A DNA stretch of 64,000 nt. Source: Strigamia acuminata (taxonomy: Eukaryota). The first letter of the stretch is position 1, and every line of letters starts with the position of its first letter. The stretch is from assembly GCA_949358305.1 (NCBI GenBank), contig OX442314.1, positions 24,552,001 to 24,616,000 on the forward strand, written 5' to 3'. The position numbers were made by a program, and so were the translations under genes. Positions 26,244 to 38,313 of this stretch are shown piece by piece. The notes beneath the pieces were generated by a model, which was not told the DNA's origin, did not search any database, and was given only the letters and a program-made list of their open reading frames with translations.

Positions 26244-26483
26244 CCGTATTTTACCGATTAAGAGTCGCCCTCGAATTGTAGCCGCGAATTGTATACGGTA
26301 TTTTTCCAAAAGTACGGTATTGTTTCCGTATTTAACCTCACGAACGATGAACGTACGCTTCGTTCGTGACGTTCGGGCGTCGTTTGTTACAACAAATGTA
26401 ACAAACGAAAAACCGAAGTTGTAATTGCTGACAAAAATGGTTGTTTTGAATAAGAGCCGCGGCTCTTAATCGATAAAATACGG
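26244..26483. mobile_element. Tc1/mariner-pogo-like MITE, TA TSD, in the last intron of the CUB gene
   Basis: 25-bp TIRs: CCGTATTTTACCGATTAAGAGTCGC and, on the right, the inverse of CCGTATTTTATCGATTAAGAGCCGC (2 mismatches). TA on both sides; two internal hairpins. Confidence 0.88.
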
Positions 26484-26712
26484 TATTTTAGTAGATATTT
26501 AGTGTCGTTTTCTGCAATAATTTAATTTTCGGTGCGAGCGGTGTAATTAGGCTTAGTTACCGCGAAATAATGTTTGCTTGCATTATTCATTGATTCAGTC
26601 AATTCGAAAATTTAATTTTGTTGTTTTGTTTTCTTTTTGAAATAAGAGAGAGAAAGATGGCACTAAATTTCCACTTTTTGATATATATTTCGGTAGCGTA
26701 AATAAATTTTAC

Positions 26713-26915
26713 CCGTGAACGATTCGGCAGAAAATACAATGTGAACAAAACTGGTTTCAGAGATATAAGTTTGATCACGGTCGATCTCCCCGCAAAAGAA
26801 ACCCGGTGCATGTCTGTTGGAAACGGCACTCGAATCATCGCCATCAATAATTTGCACGAAGCCTTGCGAACACAACGATGTATTCACAAGACGACCGACT
26901 TTAAGTCTCTGGAAC
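26713..26915 (-). CDS. CUB/LDLa transmembrane protein, coding exon 3 (C-terminal half of CUB1)
   Basis: Poly-T tract then TAG|G acceptor; donor G|GTAAAA. Encodes (R)FQRLKVGRLVNTSLCSQGFVQIIDG...FFCGEIDRDQTYISETSFVHIVFSAESFT(D). Phases 2/1 fit both neighbours. Confidence 0.92.
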
Positions 26916-29639
26916 CTAAAAAAAAAGAAACAAAAAAAAAAAAAAAAAAAAAAAAAAATTAAATTTTTTTTAAAAACACAAACAAAAAAATTCACAAGAA
27001 CAATTTAACAAGAACCAAAAGCGAGAAAAAGAAAAAAAAATTCGAAAAAAGTGATTTTTAAGTGCACACCACACAACCAAACGATTTGCTAAGGTTTTCT
27101 TACACAGAGAAAGCGAATTTCGTCGCTAAACCCCATCGGAATAGTTGGCAAACGCGCAGATTTCAATTTGTAGCGAGAGCAGCAAAACTTTGCGAGCAAT
27201 AAAAGCCAAAACTATTGGCCGGGCTCGCGCGAAACTCCATTAAGCAGCACCAACTCGTCATAATTGATGGAGTGACGACGAGACCTGTCACGACTCGACA
27301 CACTTTCATTTGTCCGCATTCCACTTCCCCTCGCCATCCCCGTCCCTTTTTCTTTTTCTTTTTCATTACCAGAAAAGTGCGCGCTCGGCTTCGAATTAGT
27401 CGCCGCTCGCTGCACCCAGATTTACGTTCTCCCGATGAGTTATTGCGGCTTCTGGCTACTGTTCTGATAAATTGACCAGCAACTTTCAGACCGAACTTCA
27501 TAGGCCTTCTTCGCGAGAGCTTAGACCCGACTCGATCAATAAAACACTCCGCAAAAATCCTCTTCTAGTCCTCGCGATCAATTAGTTTTCACGAGAAATT
27601 AAACACGATGACGGGTTGAGAACGTTTCCCCCGTCCTAGCGTGTAAATTTACACCGAATTAAAATTTCTCGATACATTCAGCGTTATTGCTCCGAGAGAC
27701 GTTTGAAAATAAGCAAAAGCCAAAAGCTTATTTAAGCTTTAAGCCTTATCCTCGATCATTCACACCGTATAAAAGAAACCAAATCAATACCGTCTTATTG
27801 ACTTTAAAAAAACGTAGTATGCCGCTAACGAAATCTTGAGGGAAAAGTAAAACGTCTGTCAGTACTGTGAAGTCAATAAAGAAATTGAAGATTGACATTT
27901 TGGTCAATAAAAAAATTCTTTTTTTTCTTCTTCAAATCCAACTTTTTTTCCATCCACGCAAGAAATTAATTCTTTTGCAATAAAACGTGAAATACACGCG
28001 TAATAAAAGTGCAATTCTACAATTTCTCACGCATATGTGACCTGGGATTTTCGATGTTGCCTACACATTGGCTAAATGGTTGAAAGACGAGAGAAATTCG
28101 CCAATAGTGATGGATGAGATGGCAAAGTTGGCATCTTGTCTGAGTAACCAAGACACGCCTGACGGTGTGACAAGCGTGCCTGCGCGCCACACCACACCAA
28201 ACTAGCAAGGAAATTCTCAGATTTCTCAATAAATTCCTCTTTCTGATCGTTGTGCCGTTATTAATTCCATAATTAGGTTGTCTCATGCATTAGTAAGTCG
28301 CGAGTGAATAAATTTTGGTCGATAAAATGAGGGTTTAAGCCATAAAAACATCTAGTTTGTCATTCAACTCACGATGTGACACATCATCTTGATCTCTGAT
28401 ATGAAATATCCCCAATCAATGAAGCACTTAGTTGCGACATCTCGTGACCAAACTATTAATGAAGGATGATTACCAACCGCATTTCAGCAATTATTCCCTC
28501 CAATTTAATCACTAAATGGATGTTTTGTTCCAATGATAACAGGATTATGGTCAATTTAAATCACACGATAACTCGAACGTCAATTCTCCTTACAGTACTA
28601 TACCTATTTCTTTTAATTGTGGGATAAAAAATGTCGTACGCGTCTCCACCAGCCGCCATTTTTGAAGTTCGATCGAGAAAAGCAGTTTTAAAAGCAATTT
28701 AAACCGAAAAAAGAAACTATTGGCAAATAAGTGCGAGACCATATTTCTTTCATATTCAAACCAAATAAAAATAAGCAATAAATTTCCAGACAGTTATAAA
28801 TGTCAGCAATAGATGGCGCCCAAAACAAAATAAAAAGTAATTTGATACGATCTGATACATCAAAAAAGCACTTTTTTCAAACTCATAAAAATTCCGCGTC
28901 AGTATTCATAAACAAGATGGAATGAAGAGAGCTGACTGTTGCACTTTTATTGGTCCCAAATAAGTGCATGAGTGATGTCTTATCACGAGGAATGCTATTC
29001 CGCCTGCATAAATCTAAAATCAAATAACATGAGCGCATTCGAAAATAAAAATATTTTCCTTTTCCTCGCGATAAGTGGATACAAAACCCTCTCCAAATTT
29101 AACTGTCACACACCTACACAACGGAAAAGACGACACGAAACATGAGAAACGAAACGTTTCCGCTGAATTTCTATTTTCGAATGCCGCTCTGTGTTAATAA
29201 ATATTATTCTCGGTCTAGTCTTGATAAAAATGTCTGTTGATGAAATGTTGGATGTGGTGAGGTCCGTAGGGAGCAATTGAGGAATCCAAACCAAAGCAGA
29301 CCAGAGGTCTGTTATATGTTTTATTAGTTTGTCAATATGCTGTGTCTTTTTTGTTTGTTGAAATCCCAGCTGTCTAGCTGCAAAAATTGGCTTTTCTTGA
29401 AGTAGGCTTCACCTTATGTGGCCTGACAACCTTTATTGCTCAAGGATGACCAAATAACATATTTTCAATTAATTATTTTTGATGGATAAAAATGAATAAT
29501 GGATGAACGTGAACGTGGGCATGACCCAATTTCAAAATATTCACAACTTAAATATCGCACATTCCTTCCTCCGCCTTTGCAGTGCTTTGGTTTGACCTAT
29601 CAAACTGCTTTCATGCAACAGTAATTAAACGAGACCAGA

Positions 29640-29942
29640 AAATTAATTTTTGGACTAAAAAATCATTTTCTGGCCTAAAAAATCATTTTCTGGCTCAAAA
29701 AATCAACTTTTGATCAACAATTTTTAATTTTTGGCCCAAACATCCTTTTTTTTAGCGCAAAACATCCAATTTTTAGCCCAAAACATCCAATTTTTAACCC
29801 AAAACATCCAATTTTTAACCCAAAACATCCAATTTTTAGCCCAAAACATCCAATTTTTAGCCCAAAACATCCAATTTTTAGCCCAAAACATCCAATTTTT
29901 AGTATAAAACATCCAATTTTTAGCCCAAACAATCCAATTTTT
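29640..29942. repeat. 21-bp tandem repeat array
   Basis: About 9 near-perfect units of AAACATCCAATTTTTAGCCCA (29758-29942) plus degenerate units to the left. Confidence 0.93.
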
Positions 29943-30099
29943 GTAAGTGAAAAACTAAACCACGAGACTTCTCTTTGTGCAAGTCCTCAAATATCGAGCC
30001 GGGCCACCCGGTCCACCCGGTCCTTAGTCAAATGCTGCTGAAATTAGCTGCATGTAGTGTACCATTAAAAACATAATAAGAAGAGAAAATAGAAAATCA

Positions 30100-30220
30100 A
30101 AAACCGGATTCGAACCCACTACTTGCTCTAAAAATAAATCATTCACACTTGTAGAAATTAAACTTTCTAAAAGTCACAACTTCTACATAAGTGGTTCAAG
30201 TGTAAACTAGGCATTAGTTT
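30100..30220 (-). mobile_element. Dispersed repeat with tRNA B-box; probable tRNA-derived SINE relic
   Basis: Minus-strand GGGTTCGAATCCGG (B-box, 30117-30104). 30172-30220 matches 62304-62352 at 48/49 bases. AGTTGTGACTTTTAGA also occurs at ~51583 next to an A-box-like AACTCAGTGGT. Confidence 0.45.
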
Positions 30221-33200
30221 CTTTTTTGGAGTTACAAGACAAAGAGTATTGTAGTCTACAACAACGCTTCTCAAACTACGCAATGTACCGGACCGGCATC
30301 TTTTATCCCAATGTGTCACGGACCAATAACCTAACATTGCTCCAATAAGCCTACATAATCTTTGCGTTTCAACGGACTGGCAGCCTCTTAAGAAGCGCTG
30401 GTGTACAACACATAAGCAACATTTTAAATAAAAAGAATCACCAGACGGCAGTGTAATCAAAAATTAAATCCAGTGTCAACACTGGAAAAAATGATTAATA
30501 ATTAGCTTCGAATGGAGTAAAAAGTTTGTTTATCGTGTTGTTTCAATATATCATCCTTTTATCTAGCCGCAAAACCGTGTTTTCTAATTGGCGTACCCAA
30601 TCAGAATCATTAGCACTCGTCTTGCAAGATAAGAAGTGCGTTGTTGACTAACCCTAAAATTTTACGAGGAGCCTGTAAGTCGACTGATAAGCTTCAGGAT
30701 TACTCTTTCTCGTCTCTCTCGTATTTGCCATCAGTTTTCAGCTCGATTAAAAACAGTCGATGAAGCTTGCTGGCAGAAATCAAATTTCCCAATTAATTTC
30801 ATTTCACTTCCTTGGCGTCAGATAGCGCCAAACACTGATTGGCCCGGCAAACTACCACGTGATTTCTCCCCCCCCCCCCCCCCCACACACAAACCCCATT
30901 TTCCACGCCAACTGCGCCATTCACCATTACAGCCGATCCAATATCGGTCGACGTTTCCAAGGCGAACAAAAAAAAATATTAGGCAAATGAATGTGCAACT
31001 AAGCCTAACTAATCCCCCATAAAGAAATGACCGAATGAATTTCTCATTTTCCAGATTAAAAATGTTTCCGACTCGTTTTGCACCGGTGCGCGTGCGCGCC
31101 GTCTCGCCGCACTCAGGCGGGTCACTTCGATTTCCTTTTTCTCACCTGTTTCAATTAAACGGATCATTCTTTTATCGGCTCTAAAGCATTCCATCCTCAT
31201 CCCTCATCCCCGCTTTCCACGTGCAAGTGCTACATTGCTATCTTACGATGATGAGCGACAGAAGGTGTGCGCCATCGCCATCTCGCGTCGATAAGAAAAA
31301 TACGACGAATCGATAAGCAAGCGAGAACTTTGCAATTTCGAGCGTATTATGTAGGCGAGGCGTTTAATTTAATGAAATTGGAAAGACAGTTCGACCCTTT
31401 CTTCGTTTTAATCGCTTAATACTGTCAGTCTCGCATTTCTGTCTTTTATTTTTATTTAAAAAATGAAAGAAAGAAACAGAACTCCGTCAAACCACTTAAT
31501 TTATTAATCCAATTGCATTAACTTTGTGCGGGCTTGGGGTGCCTACTCATCCTTAGGTAGGGAAAATGGCACTTAAGTTAATGCTATCATATTTGTCGTT
31601 TCCGGACTTTTGCGTTTAGATTTTTCACCTAAAGATATTAGCAATGACTTCCTTTTTAGAGTCAATGGCCAGACAAAATTGGCCAAGCAATCAAATTCAA
31701 CATTTTTCATCAAAAATGTGCATAACGGATGAAAATAGATCCCCAACAGTGATTTCTAGTTTTATGTTGCATAGTTTCATGAGATCATGACCTAACGTTT
31801 ATAAACATAAAATACCTAATCTCTTCATCTGCACTTGCAGCAAAAGAATTAATTTGAATAGAAACGACAATACTTATCAATAATTACACTGTTACTTATT
31901 AGCAGCTTTAAAAATGCATTAAGAAGTTAATAAATAAATAATTTAGACATAATAATAACACTATTAATTTCTTATGTCAGCCAGCTTAAAGCCGGATCTC
32001 AGAAATGTGTACACAAAACCATAGAACCAGAAAAAGTAGGAAAAAATTAATCACTACACTAATAGCGGCTGTACACAACTAATGAGTTGTGCAAAACAAA
32101 AAACAAGAAATCTACAGCCGTAAAACACTAGCGGCATTCTAAAAATCTTTCATTCTGGATTATCATCTTTAATCCAGTCTAAATGCATTTCAGACGACCA
32201 ATTAAGCACCAAAAGTTGTGCTAATACACAAACATGGCAAAAAATAATGTTTAGAAAATTGGTTCGATTTGTTCTGTTGCATTAACTTGGCTCAAAAGCC
32301 CACTGTGTCTGAATACTGAAAGCAGACTAAATCGGCCGCCATTTTTGAATTTAAACCGAGTAAACTCAATTCAGCCGACTAGATCAAATTTACATTTGAA
32401 AAGTGGAGCTTGAACAAACAGTTTAGCTACGTCTTTAAATAAATAAATGTTGTTTAGTCTAAACAACGTTTACCAAAACGCTGTAGTTTCTTGAGACAAG
32501 CCAAACGAGACAGTTTTAATATTGCAGCCCTGTTATTGTCACTATATATACTGTATAATTTGAAAGTTATTGTTGTTCTAATGCGCGCAATAGCCTATAC
32601 GCTACTGCTACATTAAATAAAGAAAAACAACCCAGTCTCCCATAACTTTTATCTGGCTCTCTTGCCATTACGACATTATCTCAAGAAATCATGAGACAAT
32701 GAAAATAATTTATTCGTTTAATATCATTGTTAAAGTATTAAAATTTAAATGCCATAAATGCTCTCATTGCGCGCGAGATGCTGATTGAACGCGGCATCTT
32801 GTACAACGCGGCTGGAAGATGCAAAAATGCATTTTTCAAGTCCAAAATTCTACTTTATTTAACTTGACATAGAAGGTTTGTTTGTTTCAACTTCCGGTGT
32901 CGCTAGCTCCATCTGGCGAAACTCGTATACTATAATGGAGGCCAAAATGTTCACCCGATACTTTTTTGAATTGTTTCAGTATCAAAAAGGGTTCCTTAAA
33001 TTCTGAAACCAGGCTAAACCGGGTTGCTATCTGCCCATATATTTTGTTTATTAATATTGTTAAGAAAAAGTTCTGTTTTAAAACGCCTGCTATAGTAGCG
33101 CACTCTGGCAGCGATTTGAAGCACCAATATAAAGCCTTTTTCCAAAAACTTGGTTTTTTATATTTACTGTACTTGTTAAGTCTTTAAAATGCATTTTAAG

Positions 33201-33424
33201 ATGCAAAATACACTTTCACGTGCAAAAATCGACTTTTTGAAACTGAAAGTTTATTTTAATTATCGCTTAATAATTTCTTACGGTAGTATAATTTGTAACG
33301 TAGACTGAAAAAAGTGTTAAAGCAACATTTGTATCAAACCTTGCCTTGGGGCAATTTTCTCTGACAAGAAAACACATCATTTATTACTTACCCCAATTTA
33401 TTTTGGTATAAATAAATTTATTAC

Positions 33425-33566
33425 CTGATAGAAATTATCCAATCATTGCGATCAGCACCCAAATCGAATTTATATACGCAATAAATGGGCTGGTTTCGAT
33501 TCTGAGGCGTCACCAATGGCGTGGATACCTCCTCGTTCAAATCGACCGTCACGTTACATCGACCCA
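33425..33566 (-). CDS. CUB/LDLa transmembrane protein, coding exon 2 (N-terminal half of CUB1)
   Basis: Acceptor TTTACAG|TG, donor AG|GTAATA; 142 nt. Encodes (V)GRCNVTVDLNEEVSTPLVTPQNRNQPIYCVYKFDLGADRNDWIISI(R), which joins in frame to FQRLKV. Absent from the ORF track because it is short. Confidence 0.9.
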
Positions 33567-36500
33567 CTGTAAAGGGAACAAATCACAAATCAGCCATTAC
33601 GGTTCTCACAACCAACAATTTATCAACACTCAACGATTGTATATATACGAAAAAATGACAAATTCCCAATTTGCCAACCACTTCCCACCTTCAAAAATTT
33701 CTTCAAAATCGATAGAAAATACAAAACGGTCAAATTTATCAAAACCTAATGGCACAAAAAAACGTGGCCATCAATAACCGACTAACGAGCTACATACAAA
33801 TCGAAAAAAAGTAAACGAAATGTATTAAACTAATATATATTTATTTATTTATTTTACACTCTAACCGATCAAAATTTTGAACGTGGTATCCTTTACTACG
33901 TGAGTATAAATTGAACAACACGACTGATGTATTCAATATCTAAATTGACTAAAACGACCAAATTCAATATCTAAGTTAAACAAAACGGCCAAAAATAAAT
34001 TTATTAAAAATACAAAAATACATTTTTAAATTGACCGAACCGGTTGAATTCAATACCTAAATTGTGGGATAAACTGGGAATCTGGGTTCTGCCAAATATG
34101 GTCAAAAAATGCAATGAAATTATATTGCAATGTATTTTGAAATGCACTGGGTTTCGCAAGAATCTCAAGAGGTAGTTTATTTAAGGCAAAGAGCATTTAT
34201 AGTAATTGATATCAATAAATCTATGTTGTTCCGATAGTAAACCAAACCTGATGTGAATCCGATTGCAAAATACTTCTACTCGCACCATCCCATCAGCCTG
34301 CGGTCGACGTGCCCTGCCTCTTCCATGTTTATCGACAATTCGGATGACAGTTGCACGCACTATTTTTCAATCTTAACCCCATCACCAGCAATCACTAGCA
34401 ACGTGTAAATCTGACGTATTTTATTTTATTTTGCTGATGAAAAATAAATTTGTCACGTGAATCAATACCCCAACAGGTTTTTTTCCTTCTTTTTTTCTAC
34501 ACAATATCCGCTTATTAAATTTTTCTTCTTTCTTCAACCCGTTTTCTTCTTTTTTCTTCGCCTTATAAATAAGTATCGGTTTTTCCAGGGCGAGGCAAGG
34601 GGCTGGTTTCAAACCTAAGGTCAAGTCGGGTAAAAAGGATAAAAAAAAAAAAAAGAAAAGTAAAAGTAAAAAAATAAAAAATAAAAAAAAATAAAAAAAA
34701 ATTGAAGGAAAATAAATGCAGTTAGGAATCGTTGATGGAATCCGAGTGCCACTTTCGGGATCTTTGTCTCGGCTCGACATTTTTTCTACTCCATTCCAAC
34801 TCCATGCTTTTTCCCATGTGCACCGCATAAAAACCTAATACCGTTACAATCCAGAATGAAAGCGTGACCGCTATTTTCTTCCCATTCTAGCTCGGTCTAT
34901 AAACATCCCTGTTTTTATCGCTATTTTAAGAGCTACCTCGTCAAGAAAATGTTTCCTAACTACAAAAAATATATATATTGTTTTCATCAATTTCTCTCTC
35001 GATATAAACCGGCATCAAAATTTAACAAAAAATAAATTTTTTAATTTTTTTTTAAAATCATTTTTAACTACACCGTGCAACTTCAAACTTTGACTGTATT
35101 AAAATTGCCTTCATTAAGCCTAATTATACAACACGATATGTGAAACATTAGGTAAATCATGAGCGATACATTTGCTACACTTGGATTACATGCCAGAAAA
35201 TGTCTGGAAATTCTCAGTTAAAAAGAAAATCCGCTCGTTTGCAGTGGAATAAATATTCCTGCGAGTATCGGACGTTTCACATGTGCGAGAAATAAACAAC
35301 TGGATTTTCAGCATTCGTTATCGCGCAAGCAGTTTGCTGCCCCCAGTGTAGGATTCTTACATTTTTAGACCCGCAGGAAAGCTCGATTGAACGGTCACCA
35401 TCACCAGACTCACCACTAGTTGCGTTATGTGGATCCAAATGACCGATATGGCGGAATTGTTCAAATCGAACGACTGCTTTAATGTTCTAATGAAACTCGG
35501 CAATAAAATTTACGATATGTAAACGCTCGCTCTTGAGCTTCTCGCAGATTTGATATGGTAAAAAAAAAAAAAGAAAACACTCAGCATAGCAGTGGTTTAA
35601 ATCAAATAGAAAGTAATTAGACTTTTAAAACACATTTTAACACTCCAAATATTGATTTTGATGTCAATTCCAAACCCAAATATCTCATTTTGAGCTTGAA
35701 TTGGAATTGGAACCATAACAACTTAGCTTTAATTGACTGCAGCGAAGAGGAAAGCGTTTTTATATTTTTTATTTTATCTTATTTTATTTTAATTGCGGTC
35801 TGATTGAAAATGCCTTTCAAGCAGTTTATTTTTTATTTTTTCTAGTTCTACTATAACGCAATTTAGAGTTGTTTGAAAACCACGAAAATGAGGGAAACCA
35901 AAGATTTAAAAATAAAAAATTATATTTCTTGTTAGATTACTTCATTTTTCTAAGTGAAATATGAAAAATACATTATTTTAACCCTATTACACAAATAATT
36001 TCATCTTTTCAAGCAATTTTCCGAATCGCACAGATAAGAATTTTAAAAAAGTAACATTTTCTTTTCGTAATTAAAAATTTAAAAAAAATTGAGAATAAAC
36101 TTTTCCGTCCCACTGTGGTTAAAATCGAAACTTATCTCAACGCAAATGAAGTTAGATAATGTCCCGCTTTACCGCCATCCAGTGGCAGGAATGATTAACA
36201 CAAAAACACAGTAAACAAGTTTGTTTGCTACACATTTTTATACTTTCTTCTTTATCAGGGTCATTATCGCACCACATACTTTGCATGTTTATCTTGTTCT
36301 TTCCGAGCCTATTTTTCACAGCCAAAAAAAATCAAAAAAAATCTTTTCCAGTTTCTTATCTGACTTAAATATCACAGAATCAGCAGAAATATAAAACAAA
36401 TGCAAAATTTAATAGCAGATCAATTATTTTATACATTTCATTCTGATGCTCTCTCCGCAGTAACATGCATTTGTGTTTCTTCAATTACATTTGATGTGGC

Positions 36501-38162
36501 TTTTGGTTTATTCCTGCACCGTAAACGATCAATTACAAACGGAATGATATAAATTCTGCAACGATTGGTTGCATTTTAAAGTTCTCGATAACAATTTTGA
36601 ACGTAATACCACGTAATACTCGTTCGAATGAATAGGAATTGCTGCATTTTCAAAATTTTTATCAGGAACGTCGTAACATAACCCCAACATTGAACAATTT
36701 AATTTGAGTTGAGCGCAATTCAGCACCCAGTAAACCAGAAATCATCGGACGACCTATCAGAATAATGATCAATTTAATATCAGGCTGTAGAGTAATTGAT
36801 CAATCATAGAGACTTAATGTACACACCAATTTTTCACCACTTGATGACTCTGTTTGATGTCATAATTATCATCCGAATACGAACAAAATGATAATAGCCA
36901 TGTTGACAAATGGATCGTAAAATATATGTTTTCAGAAGTTAAAATTCGATTCCCAAAAAGAAAAAAAAAATTTACTGCGTTTTCTCAGACGAGAAAAATT
37001 ATTGCCGAACTCATAAATTTAGCAAAAAACCATTTTACAATCGTATACTATCGACAAATAAATGATGTTACTTCTGGCTCGTCCAATTAATAATCCGAAA
37101 ATCCGGTACATTAAAGGAAAAAAATAAATTCTCAAACTTCATTCGATATTAATTGCCATCCAAGTGAAATTAAATTCGTGTCGTGCAGCAAAGCTCGAGT
37201 TGACAAAAGGCAAACAATGTTTAAAAAATGTCCACATTTGTCTGTGATAAAACAAAGCTTGTAAAGCACCACCTGACAACGCGGTGCAGAGTGTTGTAAA
37301 CAAGTGAAATGAACAAGAATTTGCAATTGGTACTCGCGATCCCCACGAGTCTTTTTCCAACATGGCTTCCGCTAAGTCAACCAAAACCCTCGCGACTCGC
37401 ACACGCCAGTCACGATCCCTACTCAAATTTAATATAGTGCGATAACCAAAAAGATGGAATGCACGCTTTGAATATTTTAATCGTTGATTTTTTTCCCCCA
37501 ATCCAATTTTCTTCTTCTCTTCTTTCCTTTCCAGACATCCATGCTTTTCCCCCTTTCCGCAATGTATAATGTTTTGAGTGAAAACGGCTTTTAACATCCC
37601 GCATAAATCACGTGGCAAATGATAGATAACCCGGCATACGATAAGTGAACAAAAGATTTTTTCCCCGACTTAATCCGTCATTTACCCTGTTTAATGCCCT
37701 ATCATTTTGAAGGTTGGGCTCTGAATTTTCTCCCCACCCACTGAGGATCGTCGTAAAACTAGAAAAGAGCTCACCAAACTGCATTTCGCTTTACCTCGCG
37801 ACACGGAGCAATCGACACACAAAAAAACGAAAAAAAATAGAATGAAAAGAAAAGCTCCGCAACTCTTAACGAGAAAGACGCTATTCAAAATGCAAAGTGA
37901 ATGCCGGACTCAAAAAAAAAAAAAAAAAAAAAAAAAATAGAAAAAAAAAACCCCCCATCCTATTTACTTGCAAATTTGAAAATAAAATTCCGCCCAACAA
38001 TATTATCTAATAACCATAAATCAATAAATTTAAAAAAAAAAATTATTTCCTTCACATAAACGAAAAAATAAAAAAATAAATAAAAATGGGACAAAGTAAT
38101 TGACATTGAATCAAAGGAGAAGCAATACACGCGTTAAAAGAGGGGGGCCGGACGTGACTTAC

Positions 38163-38313
38163 CAGTTTGGCCAGACGCAGCTGTAGCTGAGGACACCAGA
38201 CAGAGGAATAGGAAACGGAGAGTCGCTGTTGGCAAGGGACGCCTCCTGCTCCTCGCTCGCAAACTGATGACTCCACCTCCTCCTCCTTCTGGTTCCATGG
38301 CTGATGGTGGCAT
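38163..38313 (-). CDS. CUB/LDLa transmembrane protein, coding exon 1 (signal peptide)
   Basis: MPPSAMEPEGGGGGVISLRARSRRRPLPTATLRFLFLCLVSSATAASGQT: basic n-region, hydrophobic core, small residues. Perfect donor G|GTAAGT, phase 1, matching exon 2. The second ATG (38298) is in a GCCATGG context. Confidence 0.75.

Noticed and set aside
29714..29932. Repetitive ORFs (FGLKIGC)n and (KNWMFWA)n
   Set aside because: Translation of the 21-bp tandem array; no splice or codon support.
30868..30884. C17 run (potential G-quadruplex on the minus strand)
   Set aside because: Simple homopolymer with no further evidence of function.
35359..35530. Hydrophobic minus-strand frame with GTAAGA donor as an alternative signal-peptide exon
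   Set aside because: That frame reaches the donor in phase 2 whereas exon 2 needs phase 1; the phase-1 frame has a stop just before the donor.
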